A stretch of 64,000 nt of DNA from Clostridiales bacterium (GCA_022780965.1 JALEUQ010000040.1:15929-79928), one strand, 5' to 3'. Positions 18,665 through 28,576 are shown, numbered from the stretch's first letter. The notes: generated from the letters alone by a model not told the origin. A program made the numbers and translations.

Positions 18665-18694
18665 GAGGAGGCTTACCGGCCTCCTCTTTTGTTG
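18665..18694 (+). terminator. Rho-independent terminator of the apt-permease unit
   Basis: Stem GAGGAGGC (18665-18672) / GCCTCCTC (18679-18686) followed by TTTTGTTG. Confidence 0.75.
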
Positions 18695-18703
18695 TCATTT
18701 TGG

Positions 18704-18727
18704 GGCCTATAGGCCTTATTTTTTCTC
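18704..18727 (+). repeat. Copy B of the intergenic motif (GGCCTATAGGCC + TTATTTTTTCTC)
   Basis: Perfect 12-bp palindrome at 18704-18715 followed by a T-rich tail, immediately after the terminator. Confidence 0.5.
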
Positions 18728-18809
18728 TTTACAAGATATAACCAAAAGTAAATAATTATGCAGATATAATTATTTAATTATACTAATTATTTGTATCGGG
18801 AGAACGAAA

Positions 18810-20237
18810 ATGACAAAAGATAGTAAGATTAGAGTTATTCACCTGCTTATTGGGCCTGCTCTCTTCGTGCTGTGTTATCTCTGCCTGCCGCAGACATTCT
18901 TCGAGACTGCTGCAGCACGCGGAGCCATAGGCACAATTGCATGGATGGCATACTGGTGGATTACGGGTCCTGTTGACTTCGCAGTAACGGGCTTCCTGCC
19001 CATAGCAATCAATGCACTGTTTCAGATGTGCGACATGAAGCTGGTGATAGCTAATTACGCGGATGAAATTATTCTGCTTCTGCTGGGAGCATCAATTATC
19101 ACAGCATCATGGGAAATCACGGGACTGGACAAAAGAATCGCATCCACTTTCCTTATGCTTATCGGCAACAATCTGAGGAGTCAGATCATCTTCTGGTTCC
19201 TCCTTACCACTGTGCTGTCGGCTGTGCTTCCTAATGCGGTAGTATGCGCTGCTATTACCCCTATTGCTGTATCAATGCTCAAGTATGTAGGCATTGAGGA
19301 CATTGGAAGCAACCGGATTGGATCAATGATACTGCTGACCATCGCGTACGGCGCGGGTGTCGGCGGACTTGCTTCACCTCTCGGCGGTGCCATGAACCTG
19401 GTTACAGTTCAGTACCTGCAGCAGGTGACAGGAGAAGAGTTTATCTACTGGCACTGGGTTGTAAGATTCCTGCCTCTTATGTTAATCTTAGTAGTAAGCA
19501 ATATCGCATATCTGCTGCTCTGCTGCAAGAAGACCGATTCACTGGGCGAATCCAAGGCCTTCTTCATCGAGCAGTACAAGAGCATGGGCAAGATGAAGCG
19601 TGATGAGAAATGGGCGCTGGCACTGTTCGCAGTGGCTACGATTCTTAGTTTCACTCGTCAGTTCTATCAGGACCTGCTGCCGGGACTCAAACCGGCCTAC
19701 GTGTTTATCATATGCGCCATCATCTCTTTTCTCATCATGCAGAAAGACGGAGAGAGACTTATTACCTGGAAGAGCGCTCAGCGTAAGGTTATATGGGATC
19801 TGCTTTACATCTTCGCCGGCGGTCTGGCTGCAGGAACTCTGATTAACGAGACGGGTGCGGCAGGCGCCATCGGAGAAGCCATGAAATCAATGGGACTTAC
19901 CGGAGGTTTCTTCACAATACTTATTATTATTACAGTTACTCTGCTGATGAGTGACATGACCAGCAATACTGCTACAGCAGCGGTAGCCATGCCGATTATT
20001 CTCAGCATAGTCCAGGGTATCGGGCTTAACCCTATTCCGTATATCTACGTTGCTACAATCGGTGTTAACATATCATACATGCTGCCTACTTCAATCAGGG
20101 CAATTCCTGTAGGCTACGGTCTCAAACCAAGTTTCATGCTGAAGAAGGGAATAGGCATGACTGTTATGGTTATCCTGATCATGTCAGTGGTATCATATCT
20201 ACTTGTTACCTGCTGGCCGGCTTTCAGCACAATATAA
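18810..20237 (+). CDS. SLC13/DASS-family anion:sodium symporter-like permease
   Basis: 475 aa polytopic membrane protein. Sequence pattern of the ArsB/NhaD-SLC13 permease superfamily. GGGAGA RBS. Confidence 0.8.
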   Translation: MTKDSKIRVIHLLIGPALFVLCYLCLPQTFFETAAARGAIGTIAWMAYWWITGPVDFAVTGFLPIAINALFQMCDMKLVIANYADEIILLLLGASIITASWEITGLDKRIASTFLMLIGNNLRSQIIFWFLLTTVLSAVLPNAVVCAAITPIAVSMLKYVGIEDIGSNRIGSMILLTIAYGAGVGGLASPLGGAMNLVTVQYLQQVTGEEFIYWHWVVRFLPLMLILVVSNIAYLLLCCKKTDSLGESKAFFIEQYKSMGKMKRDEKWALALFAVATILSFTRQFYQDLLPGLKPAYVFIICAIISFLIMQKDGERLITWKSAQRKVIWDLLYIFAGGLAAGTLINETGAAGAIGEAMKSMGLTGGFFTILIIITVTLLMSDMTSNTATAAVAMPIILSIVQGIGLNPIPYIYVATIGVNISYMLPTSIRAIPVGYGLKPSFMLKKGIGMTVMVILIMSVVSYLLVTCWPAFSTI

Positions 20238-20289
20238 TATGGAGCTTAGTGCTCATCAGATGTAATGGGGGCATCAGAAGTGAACGGGG

Positions 20290-21210
20290 GTGTCATTATT
20301 GAACAAGAGATCGGTAAATGATTACATAAGAACCATAGCTGAACTGGGAAACATTTCTCTGGCTGCAGAAACTCTTGGAGTGTCTCAGCCTGCAATCAGC
20401 GCGGCACTCAAAAAAGTGGAATCCGAGCTAAACACCGTGCTCTTCGACAGGAGCAAGCAGCCTGTTGAACTTACAGACGCGGGCAGGGTGTACATGGATT
20501 ACATGGACAAGCTTGAGGGGCTTCACAATCAGCTCACTCAGACCATACTTGATATTGAGGAACTCAAGACCGGTCATATTGTCATCGGCGGTGCAACATT
20601 CTTCAATGTGTCATATCTGCCGGACGCCATCGCATCTTTTGCAGGAAAATATCCGGATGTCAACATCGAGATAGTGGACGGCAAAGTGCCCGAACTTACT
20701 TCTGAAGCGCAGAAAGGGATGCTGGATCTGTTCATAACTCCGGTGGTTGAAGACGAGGCTCGCTACGAGTACGTTGAGTTTGTAAACGAGAAGATATATC
20801 TTGCGGTTCCTTCCGGCTGGGATGTAAACAGGAAAATTAGCGGAACTGTTTTAACAAAAGAGGATTTCACCACTCTCTGCCGTCACACATTCCTGATTCT
20901 CAAAGAAAACCAGCATCTTGGGCGTCTCATGTGTTCACTCTTCGACAAGTTCGGATGCAGACCGGAACACATCATTGCAGCCGAACAGACAATGACAACT
21001 CTGGCTCTCACCCTCAAGGGTGTCGGAATTTCTCTCATAACAGAGAGCAGCATAAACAGCATGCCGCTTCGAGAGCGTCCTGCCTTGTACATTGCCGACG
21101 AGGATCTTTGCAAGCGCTCAATATACATAGCCTACCCCAGAAACAAGTACCTATCCAAGGCTGCACGAGAGTTTATCAGTGAGCTGAAGGCGGTCCACGA
21201 GAAAAAATAG
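20290..21210 (+). CDS. LysR-family transcriptional regulator
   Basis: 306 aa. N-terminal HTH (IAELGNISLAAETLGVSQPAISAALKKVESEL..LFDR) plus a substrate-binding domain. GTG start is uncertain by a few codons. Confidence 0.9.
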   Translation: MSLLNKRSVNDYIRTIAELGNISLAAETLGVSQPAISAALKKVESELNTVLFDRSKQPVELTDAGRVYMDYMDKLEGLHNQLTQTILDIEELKTGHIVIGGATFFNVSYLPDAIASFAGKYPDVNIEIVDGKVPELTSEAQKGMLDLFITPVVEDEARYEYVEFVNEKIYLAVPSGWDVNRKISGTVLTKEDFTTLCRHTFLILKENQHLGRLMCSLFDKFGCRPEHIIAAEQTMTTLALTLKGVGISLITESSINSMPLRERPALYIADEDLCKRSIYIAYPRNKYLSKAAREFISELKAVHEKK

Positions 21211-21221
21211 GCCTATAGGCC
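21200..21221 (-). repeat. Copy C (inverted) of the intergenic motif
   Basis: GAGAAAAAATA + GGCCTATAGGCC (21210-21221). The reverse complement reads GGCCTATAGGCCTATTTTTTCTC. It overlaps the LysR stop codon (TAG 21208-21210). Confidence 0.5.
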
Positions 21222-21243
21222 AAATATTACAGAATACAAAACG

Positions 21244-21290
21244 GGCCATGAAATCCTGTAATCCGGGATTCATGGCCTTAAACGTTTCTG
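21244..21290. terminator. Bidirectional terminator between the LysR gene and the oxidoreductase operon
   Basis: 12-bp stem with one bulge: GGCCATGAAATCC (21244-21256) / GGGATTCATGGCC (21265-21277). T-rich on both exits. Confidence 0.65.
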
Positions 21291-21302
21291 ATAAGCTTTA
21301 TT

Positions 21303-22232
21303 CTATTTGCACTTGGACAGCAGCTTCTCCCACTGCTGATCTACGTATTCCTGCGTCTCATCTATCATCCATTCGTTGCCTTTTTTGAACATGTGAGCGA
21401 ATCTGCCCTGTCTCTTGAGGAATTCTTCTACAGGCAGCGGCTTCTTCGGTTCGTATGTGAGATGCCACTCGCCTTCAACGATTTCGTACATAGGCCATAC
21501 TCTGGTGTCTACAGCCAGTCTGCACATCTCTGCCAAATCCTCTGTTTCATAGCGCCAGCCTCTAGGACATGGAGCCAGGATATTGAGGAAACAAGGACCT
21601 TCTGTATATATTGCCTTCTCAGCCTTCTCGTGAAGGTCTCTGAAGTTGCCGATGAAAGTAGTCTGCGCCACATACGGAATGTTGTGAGCCGCGATAATCT
21701 CTGTAAGATTCTTTTTGTTCTGAACTTTGCCCGGAATCACTGATCCTGCAGGTGCTGTAGTCGCATCGGCAAATCTTGGTGTCGATGACGCCCTCTGAAT
21801 ACCTGTGTTCATGTACGCTTCGTTGTCGTAGCACACATAAACCATGTCGTGTCCTCTTTCCATAGCGCCGGACAGGGACTGAAGTCCGATATCGTATGTA
21901 CCGCCGTCACCGCCAAAAGTGATGAACTTGAATGTATCATCAATCTTGCCTCTCTTCTTGAGAACCTTGTATGCCGTCTCAACACCTGCGCACGTTGCTG
22001 CACCGTTGGCAAATGCCGTATGAATGTAGCTGTCGGTGTATGCTGTGTTCGGATATATGAATGTGGATACTTCAAGACATCCTGTGGCGTTGGTGATTAC
22101 CGCCTTGTCCTCAGGCTTAAGCGCTCTGAGCACTCCACGAACCGCTACGCCTGCTCCGCATCCGGAGCATAGTCTGTGACCGGGCGCCAGTCTCTCCGGT
22201 TTACCCAGCTGCTCTTTTAAACTGTATGCCAT
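21303..22232 (-). CDS. 2-oxoacid:ferredoxin oxidoreductase, beta (TPP-binding) subunit (POR/VOR type)
   Basis: 309 aa with CSGCG motif (GHRLCSGCGAG) and GGDGGTYDIG TPP motif. Substrate cannot be assigned from sequence alone. Confidence 0.9.
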   Translation of the reverse strand: MAYSLKEQLGKPERLAPGHRLCSGCGAGVAVRGVLRALKPEDKAVITNATGCLEVSTFIYPNTAYTDSYIHTAFANGAATCAGVETAYKVLKKRGKIDDTFKFITFGGDGGTYDIGLQSLSGAMERGHDMVYVCYDNEAYMNTGIQRASSTPRFADATTAPAGSVIPGKVQNKKNLTEIIAAHNIPYVAQTTFIGNFRDLHEKAEKAIYTEGPCFLNILAPCPRGWRYETEDLAEMCRLAVDTRVWPMYEIVEGEWHLTYEPKKPLPVEEFLKRQGRFAHMFKKGNEWMIDETQEYVDQQWEKLLSKCK

Positions 22233-22241
22233 GTCACCCTC

Positions 22242-23462
22242 CTAATCTTCGTACTTCCTGTGGTCGAATCCGCGTTCGCCGTATCTTGAGTCTCTAACTC
22301 CAACGTATCTGTAAATATCGCCCGGATCATCAGTGTCGTGAATGATGAACAGGTCGTTAAAAATCTCGTAATAGTCTTCTACTGTAATGTCTCTGCCGCC
22401 GAGACCGTAGATGTAATTGATGCAGTATGGCTTGTTTGGCAGATCGTAAAGTGAACTTCTGGCTTCACTGAAGAGGGGGCCGCCGCTGTTGGAGAAGGAC
22501 TCTGCCTTGTCCATAATTGCAACAGCCTTAACCTTGAGCATTGCCTCGGCCAGCTGCTGTCTAGGGAACGGTCTGAATACTCTCAGCTTGATAAGTCCAA
22601 CTCTCTTACCTTCGGCACGGAGGCGATCAACAGCTTCCTTGCCTGTTCCTGCACTTGAACCTATTACAACCAGCGCCACATCAGCATCGTCAATCATGTA
22701 TTCCTCAAAGAATCCATACTTCCTGCCTGTAACCTTTTCGAATCTCTTGGCAACATCCATAATGACAGGCATTGCATCTTTCATTGCCTGAGCCTGAGAT
22801 CTCTTGGCCTCCATGTAATATGGAGAAATGCCGTAAGGACCCACTGCCAGCGGATTGTCATGCTTGAGCAGATAGTTGTCAGGCTCATATTCGCCGACAA
22901 ACTCCTTAACTTCCTCATCCTCCATAAGCTCAATGTTGGAAACACCGTGGCTTGTAATGAAGCCGTCCTGGCAAACCATGATAGGAAGTCTGATTGTTTC
23001 GCTGATAGGCATTGCCTGAATGTAGTTGTCGTAAACTTCCTGGTTTGACTCTGCATATATCTGAATCCATCCGGAATCTCTGGCACCCATTGAGTCTGAA
23101 TGGTCATTGTTGATGTTGATTGGCCCTGTAAGAGCTCTGTTAACTACTGCCATTGTAATCGGCAGTCTCTGTGAAGCTGCCACGTAAAGCAGTTCCCACA
23201 TGTATGCAAGTCCTGCTGATGAAGTTGCTGTTACTGCACGTGCACCGGCAGCTGCTGCTCCCATGCACACGGACATGGCACTGTGCTCAGACTCAACTGC
23301 CACGAACTCGGTATCAACCTCTCCGTTGGCAATGTACTGTGAATAATACTGAGGAATCTCAGTTGACGGAGTGATCGGGAATGCACCCATAACATCCGGA
23401 TTGATCTGTTTCATGGCTATTGCCACAGCTTCATTTCCTGACATTCTGTCTCTCTTTGACAT
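22242..23462 (-). CDS. 2-oxoacid:ferredoxin oxidoreductase, alpha subunit
   Basis: 406 aa. N-terminal GNEAVAIAMKQ...AFPITPSTEI pattern typical of PorA/VorB. Confidence 0.9.
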   Translation of the reverse strand: MSKRDRMSGNEAVAIAMKQINPDVMGAFPITPSTEIPQYYSQYIANGEVDTEFVAVESEHSAMSVCMGAAAAGARAVTATSSAGLAYMWELLYVAASQRLPITMAVVNRALTGPININNDHSDSMGARDSGWIQIYAESNQEVYDNYIQAMPISETIRLPIMVCQDGFITSHGVSNIELMEDEEVKEFVGEYEPDNYLLKHDNPLAVGPYGISPYYMEAKRSQAQAMKDAMPVIMDVAKRFEKVTGRKYGFFEEYMIDDADVALVVIGSSAGTGKEAVDRLRAEGKRVGLIKLRVFRPFPRQQLAEAMLKVKAVAIMDKAESFSNSGGPLFSEARSSLYDLPNKPYCINYIYGLGGRDITVEDYYEIFNDLFIIHDTDDPGDIYRYVGVRDSRYGERGFDHRKYED

Positions 23463-23767
23463 TACTTATCCTCCTTCACGAAATCTATTGCATCGAAAGG
23501 GCATGCCTTCCAGCAGATACCGCAGCCTTTGCAGTGCACGAAATCGAATTCCAGTCTCTTGCCGTCTTTAACCGGAATTGAACTGTCCGGACAGAAAGGT
23601 ACGCAAAGCAGGCACTGCTTGCAGACGTCCTGCTTCCAAACAGGAATCATGACACGCCAGTCACCTGTCTCAACCAGAACTGATGTGGCCGGCTCGTATA
23701 TCTCAGTGCCGATGGTAATATCCTGCCAGGTTATCTTCTCGTTTATATCCTTAGCTCTTGTCTTCAT
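23462..23767 (-). CDS. 2-oxoacid:ferredoxin oxidoreductase, delta subunit (2x[4Fe-4S] ferredoxin)
   Basis: 101 aa. Motifs CKQCLLCVPFCPD and CKGCGICWKACPF. Confidence 0.88.
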   Translation of the reverse strand: MKTRAKDINEKITWQDITIGTEIYEPATSVLVETGDWRVMIPVWKQDVCKQCLLCVPFCPDSSIPVKDGKRLEFDFVHCKGCGICWKACPFDAIDFVKEDK

Positions 23768-24354
23768 TATCCTACCTTAACCTCTTCTAACGCTTTAACT
23801 AATGCCTTCATGTTGCCTTCGATGAGCTGAGGCTTCCTCCTGAACTTGTGCTCAAAGGATTCCTGCATGTCGTCTACAAATTTCTTCTGATCTATCACCT
23901 TGCTCACCTTAACTACTGCTGCGAGCATTGGCGTGTTAGGGAAGTTCCTGCCCAGAGTCTCCATGGATATCTTCTCGGCATCAATGACGCCGATTCGCCC
24001 CTCATATCCCACAATCCGGCGAATCTCCTCAGGCGACTTCTTCGTATTGATGATAAGCGCGCCTGAGTCCTTAAGTCCGCTTGTAACATCCACGGACTTA
24101 AGCAGCGTCTCGTCAACCACAACAACATAATCCGGCTTGTAAATATTCGAATGAACCTTGTAGTGCTCATCAGTAATTCGGTTGTAGGCTGTAATCGGAG
24201 CACCCTGTCTCTCAGGACCGTATTCAGGGAATCCCTGCACATGCTTGCCCGAGTTGAATGCACAATCCGCCAGCAGAAGACATGCCGTCTTCGCACCCTG
24301 GCCGCCTCTGCCGTGCCATCTGATTTCTACCGCTTCATTAAGTCTCTTCGCCAT
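23767..24354 (-). CDS. 2-oxoacid:ferredoxin oxidoreductase, gamma subunit
   Basis: 195 aa with HGRGGQGAKT motif. First gene of a gamma-delta-alpha-beta operon with overlapping stops and starts. Confidence 0.88.
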   Translation of the reverse strand: MAKRLNEAVEIRWHGRGGQGAKTACLLLADCAFNSGKHVQGFPEYGPERQGAPITAYNRITDEHYKVHSNIYKPDYVVVVDETLLKSVDVTSGLKDSGALIINTKKSPEEIRRIVGYEGRIGVIDAEKISMETLGRNFPNTPMLAAVVKVSKVIDQKKFVDDMQESFEHKFRRKPQLIEGNMKALVKALEEVKVG

Positions 24355-24590
24355 TTAATGTATCTCCCTATCTGCTATGGTGTCAGCTCTTCAGCCGTCA
24401 TCCACATTATTATCATCTTTACCGCACATCAAAAGCCATCACGACTAAATCCGTGCAGTTTATAGACTACATTATTCAAGTCGTGATGTCAACAAAAACA
24501 ATAGAACTTTTTATGTATTTTCAACAAAAAATTTTAAATTATTTTGTTTTGTTTCTACAAACAATTTTGCTCGCTACTGACGGCACTTTT

Positions 24591-25100
24591 TTATATCCCG
24601 TCAATCTCATCAGTCACATTATCCATGGCAGCTCTCGTAATCTCCAGCAGGTCACCCACCTTAAGCTCCATCTGAAGCCCCACCTTGCCAGCACTGACCA
24701 TTATGGTCTCGAAGTCTGCCGCGCTGTCGTCAATGACCGTCGGAAACGGCTTCTTCATGCCGACAGGCGAACAGCCGCCGTGAACATACCCCGTAGTCTC
24801 AAGCAGCTTGCGGCTGAGCAGCATTTCCACCTTCTTCACACCGAAATGCCGGGCAGCCTTCTTCAGGTTCAGCTCCCTGTCCACAGGAATTACGCAGACG
24901 AAATGCTCCCCTGATGATGACACTGTCACAAGTGTCTTAAACACCTGCTTGGGGTTCTGATTCAGCATCTTCGCCATCTCAACACCGCCCAGGAATCCCT
25001 TGGAAATATCCTGCTCACGCAGCACGTACTCGATTCCCGCAGCCTCTACGAGCCTTACAGCATTGGTTTTATCTGTCTTTTTGTCCTTTTTCTTAGCCAT
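24591..25100 (-). CDS. ybaK: Cys-tRNA(Pro)/Cys-tRNA(Cys) deacylase (YbaK/EbsC family)
   Basis: 169 aa with YbaK-type core (KTLV..., GYVHGGCSPVG). Confidence 0.85.
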   Translation of the reverse strand: MAKKKDKKTDKTNAVRLVEAAGIEYVLREQDISKGFLGGVEMAKMLNQNPKQVFKTLVTVSSSGEHFVCVIPVDRELNLKKAARHFGVKKVEMLLSRKLLETTGYVHGGCSPVGMKKPFPTVIDDSAADFETIMVSAGKVGLQMELKVGDLLEITRAAMDNVTDEIDGI

Positions 25101-25102
25101 TT

Positions 25103-25660
25103 CTATACATCCATCCCATAGTATTCAGTATTCAGCAGAGAGTAGCACGCCATATCTGCGATAACATTGTCATAACGCTTGTATGAGTGGCGCAGTATCC
25201 CTTCGAAGGTAAAGCCGCACTTCTCGGCAACACGTCTGCTGGCTTCATTATCCGGCTCGACTCTCAGGGTCAGGCACTCAAGGTTCAGCACCTCGAAGCA
25301 ATACTTGACTACAAGGCTTACTGCTTCAGTTGCGATACCTCTGCCCCAGTAGTCAGCCGCAATGGAATATCCCACCTCTCTGCTGTGAATCTTAGGTCTG
25401 ACAACCTCTTCATCCAGCCCGATGTTGCCTATTGGCTTGCCGCTTTCAATATCCACTATGGCCCAGTCCAGCTTGCTCAGATACACCTCATCGATGATGA
25501 ATCTGGACTCGCCCTGGCTTCTGTGCGGCGGCCAGCCTGCGGCAGGGCCTACCCTGGGATCCCTGGCGTACTCGAACAAATCGGCAGCATCCTTGCGCGA
25601 CCAGCTTCTCAGTATTACTTTATCGCCCTTCAGAACGGGCACTCTCACTCTCTGAAACAT
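25103..25660 (-). CDS. GNAT-family (RimJ/RimL-like) N-acetyltransferase
   Basis: Acetyl-CoA motif (YWGRGIATEA). I prefer the ATG at 25660 (MFQRVRV...) with a GGGAGA RBS over the GTG at 25672. Confidence 0.85.
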   Translation of the reverse strand: MFQRVRVPVLKGDKVILRSWSRKDAADLFEYARDPRVGPAAGWPPHRSQGESRFIIDEVYLSKLDWAIVDIESGKPIGNIGLDEEVVRPKIHSREVGYSIAADYWGRGIATEAVSLVVKYCFEVLNLECLTLRVEPDNEASRRVAEKCGFTFEGILRHSYKRYDNVIADMACYSLLNTEYYGMDV

Positions 25661-25678
25661 TCTGTCTCCCACTTCAAA

Positions 25679-25700
25679 TGCCGGCCATGAGAGGCCGGCA
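25679..25700 (-). terminator. GC-rich hairpin between the LTA-synthase-like gene and the GNAT gene (possible attenuating terminator)
   Basis: 8-bp stem TGCCGGCC / GGCCGGCA with 6-nt loop. On the - strand it is followed by TTTGAAG. Confidence 0.4.
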
Positions 25701-25706
25701 CCTGCA

Positions 25707-27701
25707 TTACTCTGTTGTACTTAAAATCTCTTTGTTTTTCTCAACCTGACTTACCTTCATCCTGGATGCATCTTCAGGATCCACTTCTTCGTTGAGAAGG
25801 AGAAGTGTAGGGCTCAGGTAAACTGTCTTGAGGGCCTTGCCGTCAAGAGATATCTTGCTGAATTCGGTGAAATTCTGTCCCTTGATATAGTATTTCTCTC
25901 CAACCTGCACCACTTCCTTGATTTTGATGGTTTTGACACCCATCTTAAGGTCCGTAGGCTTGTATGGATTTTTGCCGCCGTATACATATTTCTCACCATA
26001 GAGCATATCGTAAGTCAGCGCCTTCATATCATCCAGATATGTGTCTGAATATACATTTTCCTGATGGAACTTGGTCATTACGCCTGTAGATATTCCAAGT
26101 CTCTTCATTACATCGGCATTAAGCTGATATGCCATCAGGTCTTTATCCTCCTTGGCCATGCCGAAATTGTCCCAGATGATGTACTGTGTCTCGTAAAGAG
26201 ACCCGTTTGTCATCTCAGCTTCGGTCATGTCCAGTGCAGGCAGATGGTCTCCGTACATTACCAGCACTACATCCTCATCGAACTTGGCCAGTTCATCGGT
26301 CAGTGCCTTGACAAACCTGTCCATCTCATAAACCTGGTTGGCGTAATACTCATAACCCCACTTCTGCTCTTCTGAAGTCGCTTCCGTTACCTGAATCTCA
26401 GGATCTGTTATAACCTGTTCTGTTGGATACCTGCCGTGACCCTGAACAGAAATGGTGTAGATATAATCCTGTCCCTTGGTGCTCTTGAGGGCATCCTTTA
26501 TCTGACCTGTCAGAATCTGATCCTTTGCCCAGTTCTTAGGTGTCTTCACAACGTTGTTCATGTATTCAAGACATGTGAACGTATCGAACCCCATGTTGGC
26601 GAATACTTTGTTTCTGTAATAGAACGCACCTCTGTGGTTGTGAATTGCGTGAGTTGAATACCCCAGCAGTTTCAGATCATACGGCGCACATTCCACAGTG
26701 TTTTCCTTAAGAACGGTCTTGTACGGATATTCTCCCGGTCCGAAGTTCTTGACACTCATTCCTGTCATTACCTCGAACTCAACATTTGCAGTACCTGCTC
26801 CACATGCCGGAACAGTCAGATATCCGCTTGAGTACTCCTTCATCAGCTTTCTGTAGTACGGCATAGGATCCTTATTGTACTTGACATCGTTGACCAGCAT
26901 AGGGTCAATGAATGATTCCAGCTGGAGGAAAATGATGTTCGGTTTATTGCTTACTGATGTATTGTCGTCATTGCCGGGTTCATATACTTTGTCTTTGCCC
27001 AGCTCATTGTTCTTGAAAATGCCTTCAATGCGGTCTGCAGAGTAGTCAACCGGTTTGTCCACTCCCGACTTGACTGCTGTGATAACGAAACAGTACGGCA
27101 CGCCGTTATCTGCATATGCATAGGCCAGATTGTAGAAGAATGTGTCCAGAATGCCGACTTTCATGCCGCCTGTTATCAGCGCGAAGCAGCTTGCAATGGC
27201 AATGGCGATGGTGGCCAGAACCTTCTTGTAGTTTGGCTTCTGCGACATTCGCGGGCTCTTCCTGTAAATGATAATTCCCAGGATCGTTGCTGCTATCACG
27301 GACACTATGACAATTATCAGCGTCTTCGTTGAGAAATAGTTGCCGATAATTGACCAGCCGTCCTTCAAGTTATCGAAATCCTTGGTTGTAAGCGGTGTCA
27401 TTCTGTTAATGAGAATTACACCGTTGGCAATGCCAAGTGCAAGCCAGATAAGCGAGAGCATTGCAGTGGCGAAACATCGTTTCTTGAACAGCAGAGCCAG
27501 TGACAGCACTGCGAATATCAGTGAAATGTTGCATAATGCCACAAGCGGATGTCCCAGAACGAAGGCTGCACTCTTGATGAGCGAATGTCTCGCCAGGGTC
27601 TCGATAATCACATCAAGCGCTGCTGCTGTCAGCAGGAGCATGACAATGTATCTGCCCGGAAAACGTTTAAATTTATTCCAAAACTTTTTGATGAAATTCA
27701 T
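25707..27701 (-). CDS. LTA synthase-family protein (polytopic N-terminus + extracellular sulfatase-like domain)
   Basis: 664 aa. About 5 N-terminal TM helices, then an alkaline-phosphatase/sulfatase-like domain (IIFLQLESF, TANVEFEVMTG). Confidence 0.85.
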   Translation of the reverse strand: MNFIKKFWNKFKRFPGRYIVMLLLTAAALDVIIETLARHSLIKSAAFVLGHPLVALCNISLIFAVLSLALLFKKRCFATAMLSLIWLALGIANGVILINRMTPLTTKDFDNLKDGWSIIGNYFSTKTLIIVIVSVIAATILGIIIYRKSPRMSQKPNYKKVLATIAIAIASCFALITGGMKVGILDTFFYNLAYAYADNGVPYCFVITAVKSGVDKPVDYSADRIEGIFKNNELGKDKVYEPGNDDNTSVSNKPNIIFLQLESFIDPMLVNDVKYNKDPMPYYRKLMKEYSSGYLTVPACGAGTANVEFEVMTGMSVKNFGPGEYPYKTVLKENTVECAPYDLKLLGYSTHAIHNHRGAFYYRNKVFANMGFDTFTCLEYMNNVVKTPKNWAKDQILTGQIKDALKSTKGQDYIYTISVQGHGRYPTEQVITDPEIQVTEATSEEQKWGYEYYANQVYEMDRFVKALTDELAKFDEDVVLVMYGDHLPALDMTEAEMTNGSLYETQYIIWDNFGMAKEDKDLMAYQLNADVMKRLGISTGVMTKFHQENVYSDTYLDDMKALTYDMLYGEKYVYGGKNPYKPTDLKMGVKTIKIKEVVQVGEKYYIKGQNFTEFSKISLDGKALKTVYLSPTLLLLNEEVDPEDASRMKVSQVEKNKEILSTTE

Positions 27702-28576
27702 TAATTTGTCTCCTGTTCTGATACGGCATTGGCTATTGCCGCGAATTCGTCAATGGTTAAAGTCTCTGCACGCCTTACTCCATCAATTCCAGCTTTGGCG
27801 AGAACATCCTTTACCTGTTCTCTGCTCAGGCCTCTGACTCCGGTCAGTGAATTGCTGAGAGTCTTTCTTCTCTGTCCGAACCCTCCTCTGACACATTCAA
27901 AAAAGGCCTGCTCATCCAGAAGCTCCACCGGTTTGTTTTCTCTGAGAGTTAGTTTCAGAACCGAAGAATCCACCTTAGGTCTTGGAAGGAAAACCTCCTT
28001 GGATACCAGGCACACCTGCTCTACGTCACAGTAATACTGGACTGCAACACTAAGAGCTCCGTATGCCTTGCTGCCGGGCGCAGCCTTGATTCTGTCTGCA
28101 ACTTCTTTCTGCATCATTATTGTGATGCTCTCTGCTTCCACTCCCTTCTCGAGAAGCCCCATGATAATCGGTGTAGTTATGTAGTAGGGCAGATTGCCCA
28201 TTATCTTAACGCTGCCGCTGAAAGTGCCGGCAGCTCTTTCTTCTGCGATTACAGCACTGATGTCAGTCTTGAGAACATCTGCATGTATTATTCTCACATT
28301 GTCATGATGAGCGAGTGTCTCATTGAGAATCGGAATCAGTTTGTCGTCGATTTCTATGGCAATCACTCGTGCAGCCGCATCAGCAGCCGCATCTGTGAGA
28401 ACTCCGATTCCGGGACCGATTTCAATGACCAGATCATCAGGTCCCGCACCGCTGCCGCTGACAATATCTTCTATCACTCCATAATCTGTTATGAAGTTCT
28501 GACCCAGACTCTTGCTTAATTTGAAGTTATGTCGCGCCTTGATGGCTTCTATTGTGGATCTTTCGTGTAAATTCAT
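27701..28576 (-). CDS. rsmA: 16S rRNA (adenine1518/1519-N6)-dimethyltransferase
   Basis: 291 aa with KSLGQNFI and IEIGPGIGVLT SAM motif. Confidence 0.95.
   Translation of the reverse strand: MNLHERSTIEAIKARHNFKLSKSLGQNFITDYGVIEDIVSGSGAGPDDLVIEIGPGIGVLTDAAADAAARVIAIEIDDKLIPILNETLAHHDNVRIIHADVLKTDISAVIAEERAAGTFSGSVKIMGNLPYYITTPIIMGLLEKGVEAESITIMMQKEVADRIKAAPGSKAYGALSVAVQYYCDVEQVCLVSKEVFLPRPKVDSSVLKLTLRENKPVELLDEQAFFECVRGGFGQRRKTLSNSLTGVRGLSREQVKDVLAKAGIDGVRRAETLTIDEFAAIANAVSEQETN

Noticed and set aside
18704-18715. GGCCTATAGGCC as an SfiI-type restriction site or cloning scar.
   Set aside because: SfiI needs GGCC-N5-GGCC, and here the spacer is only 4 nt. The conserved T-rich tail and one degenerate copy argue for a native motif (reported as a finding) rather than an artefact.
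24437-24488. A 10-bp inverted repeat (CATCACGACT / AGTCGTGATG) with a 32-nt loop in the 236-nt ybaK-to-oxidoreductase spacer. On the - strand it is followed by GCTTTTG.
   Set aside because: It could be the terminator of the upstream unit or a 5' UTR element of the oxidoreductase operon. The loop is long, the U-tract is weak, and I could not place a convincing promoter relative to it. It is too ambiguous to call.
24453-24914. A 153-aa + strand ORF.
   Set aside because: It is mostly antisense to ybaK and starts in the intergenic AT-rich region with no RBS. It is a shadow ORF.
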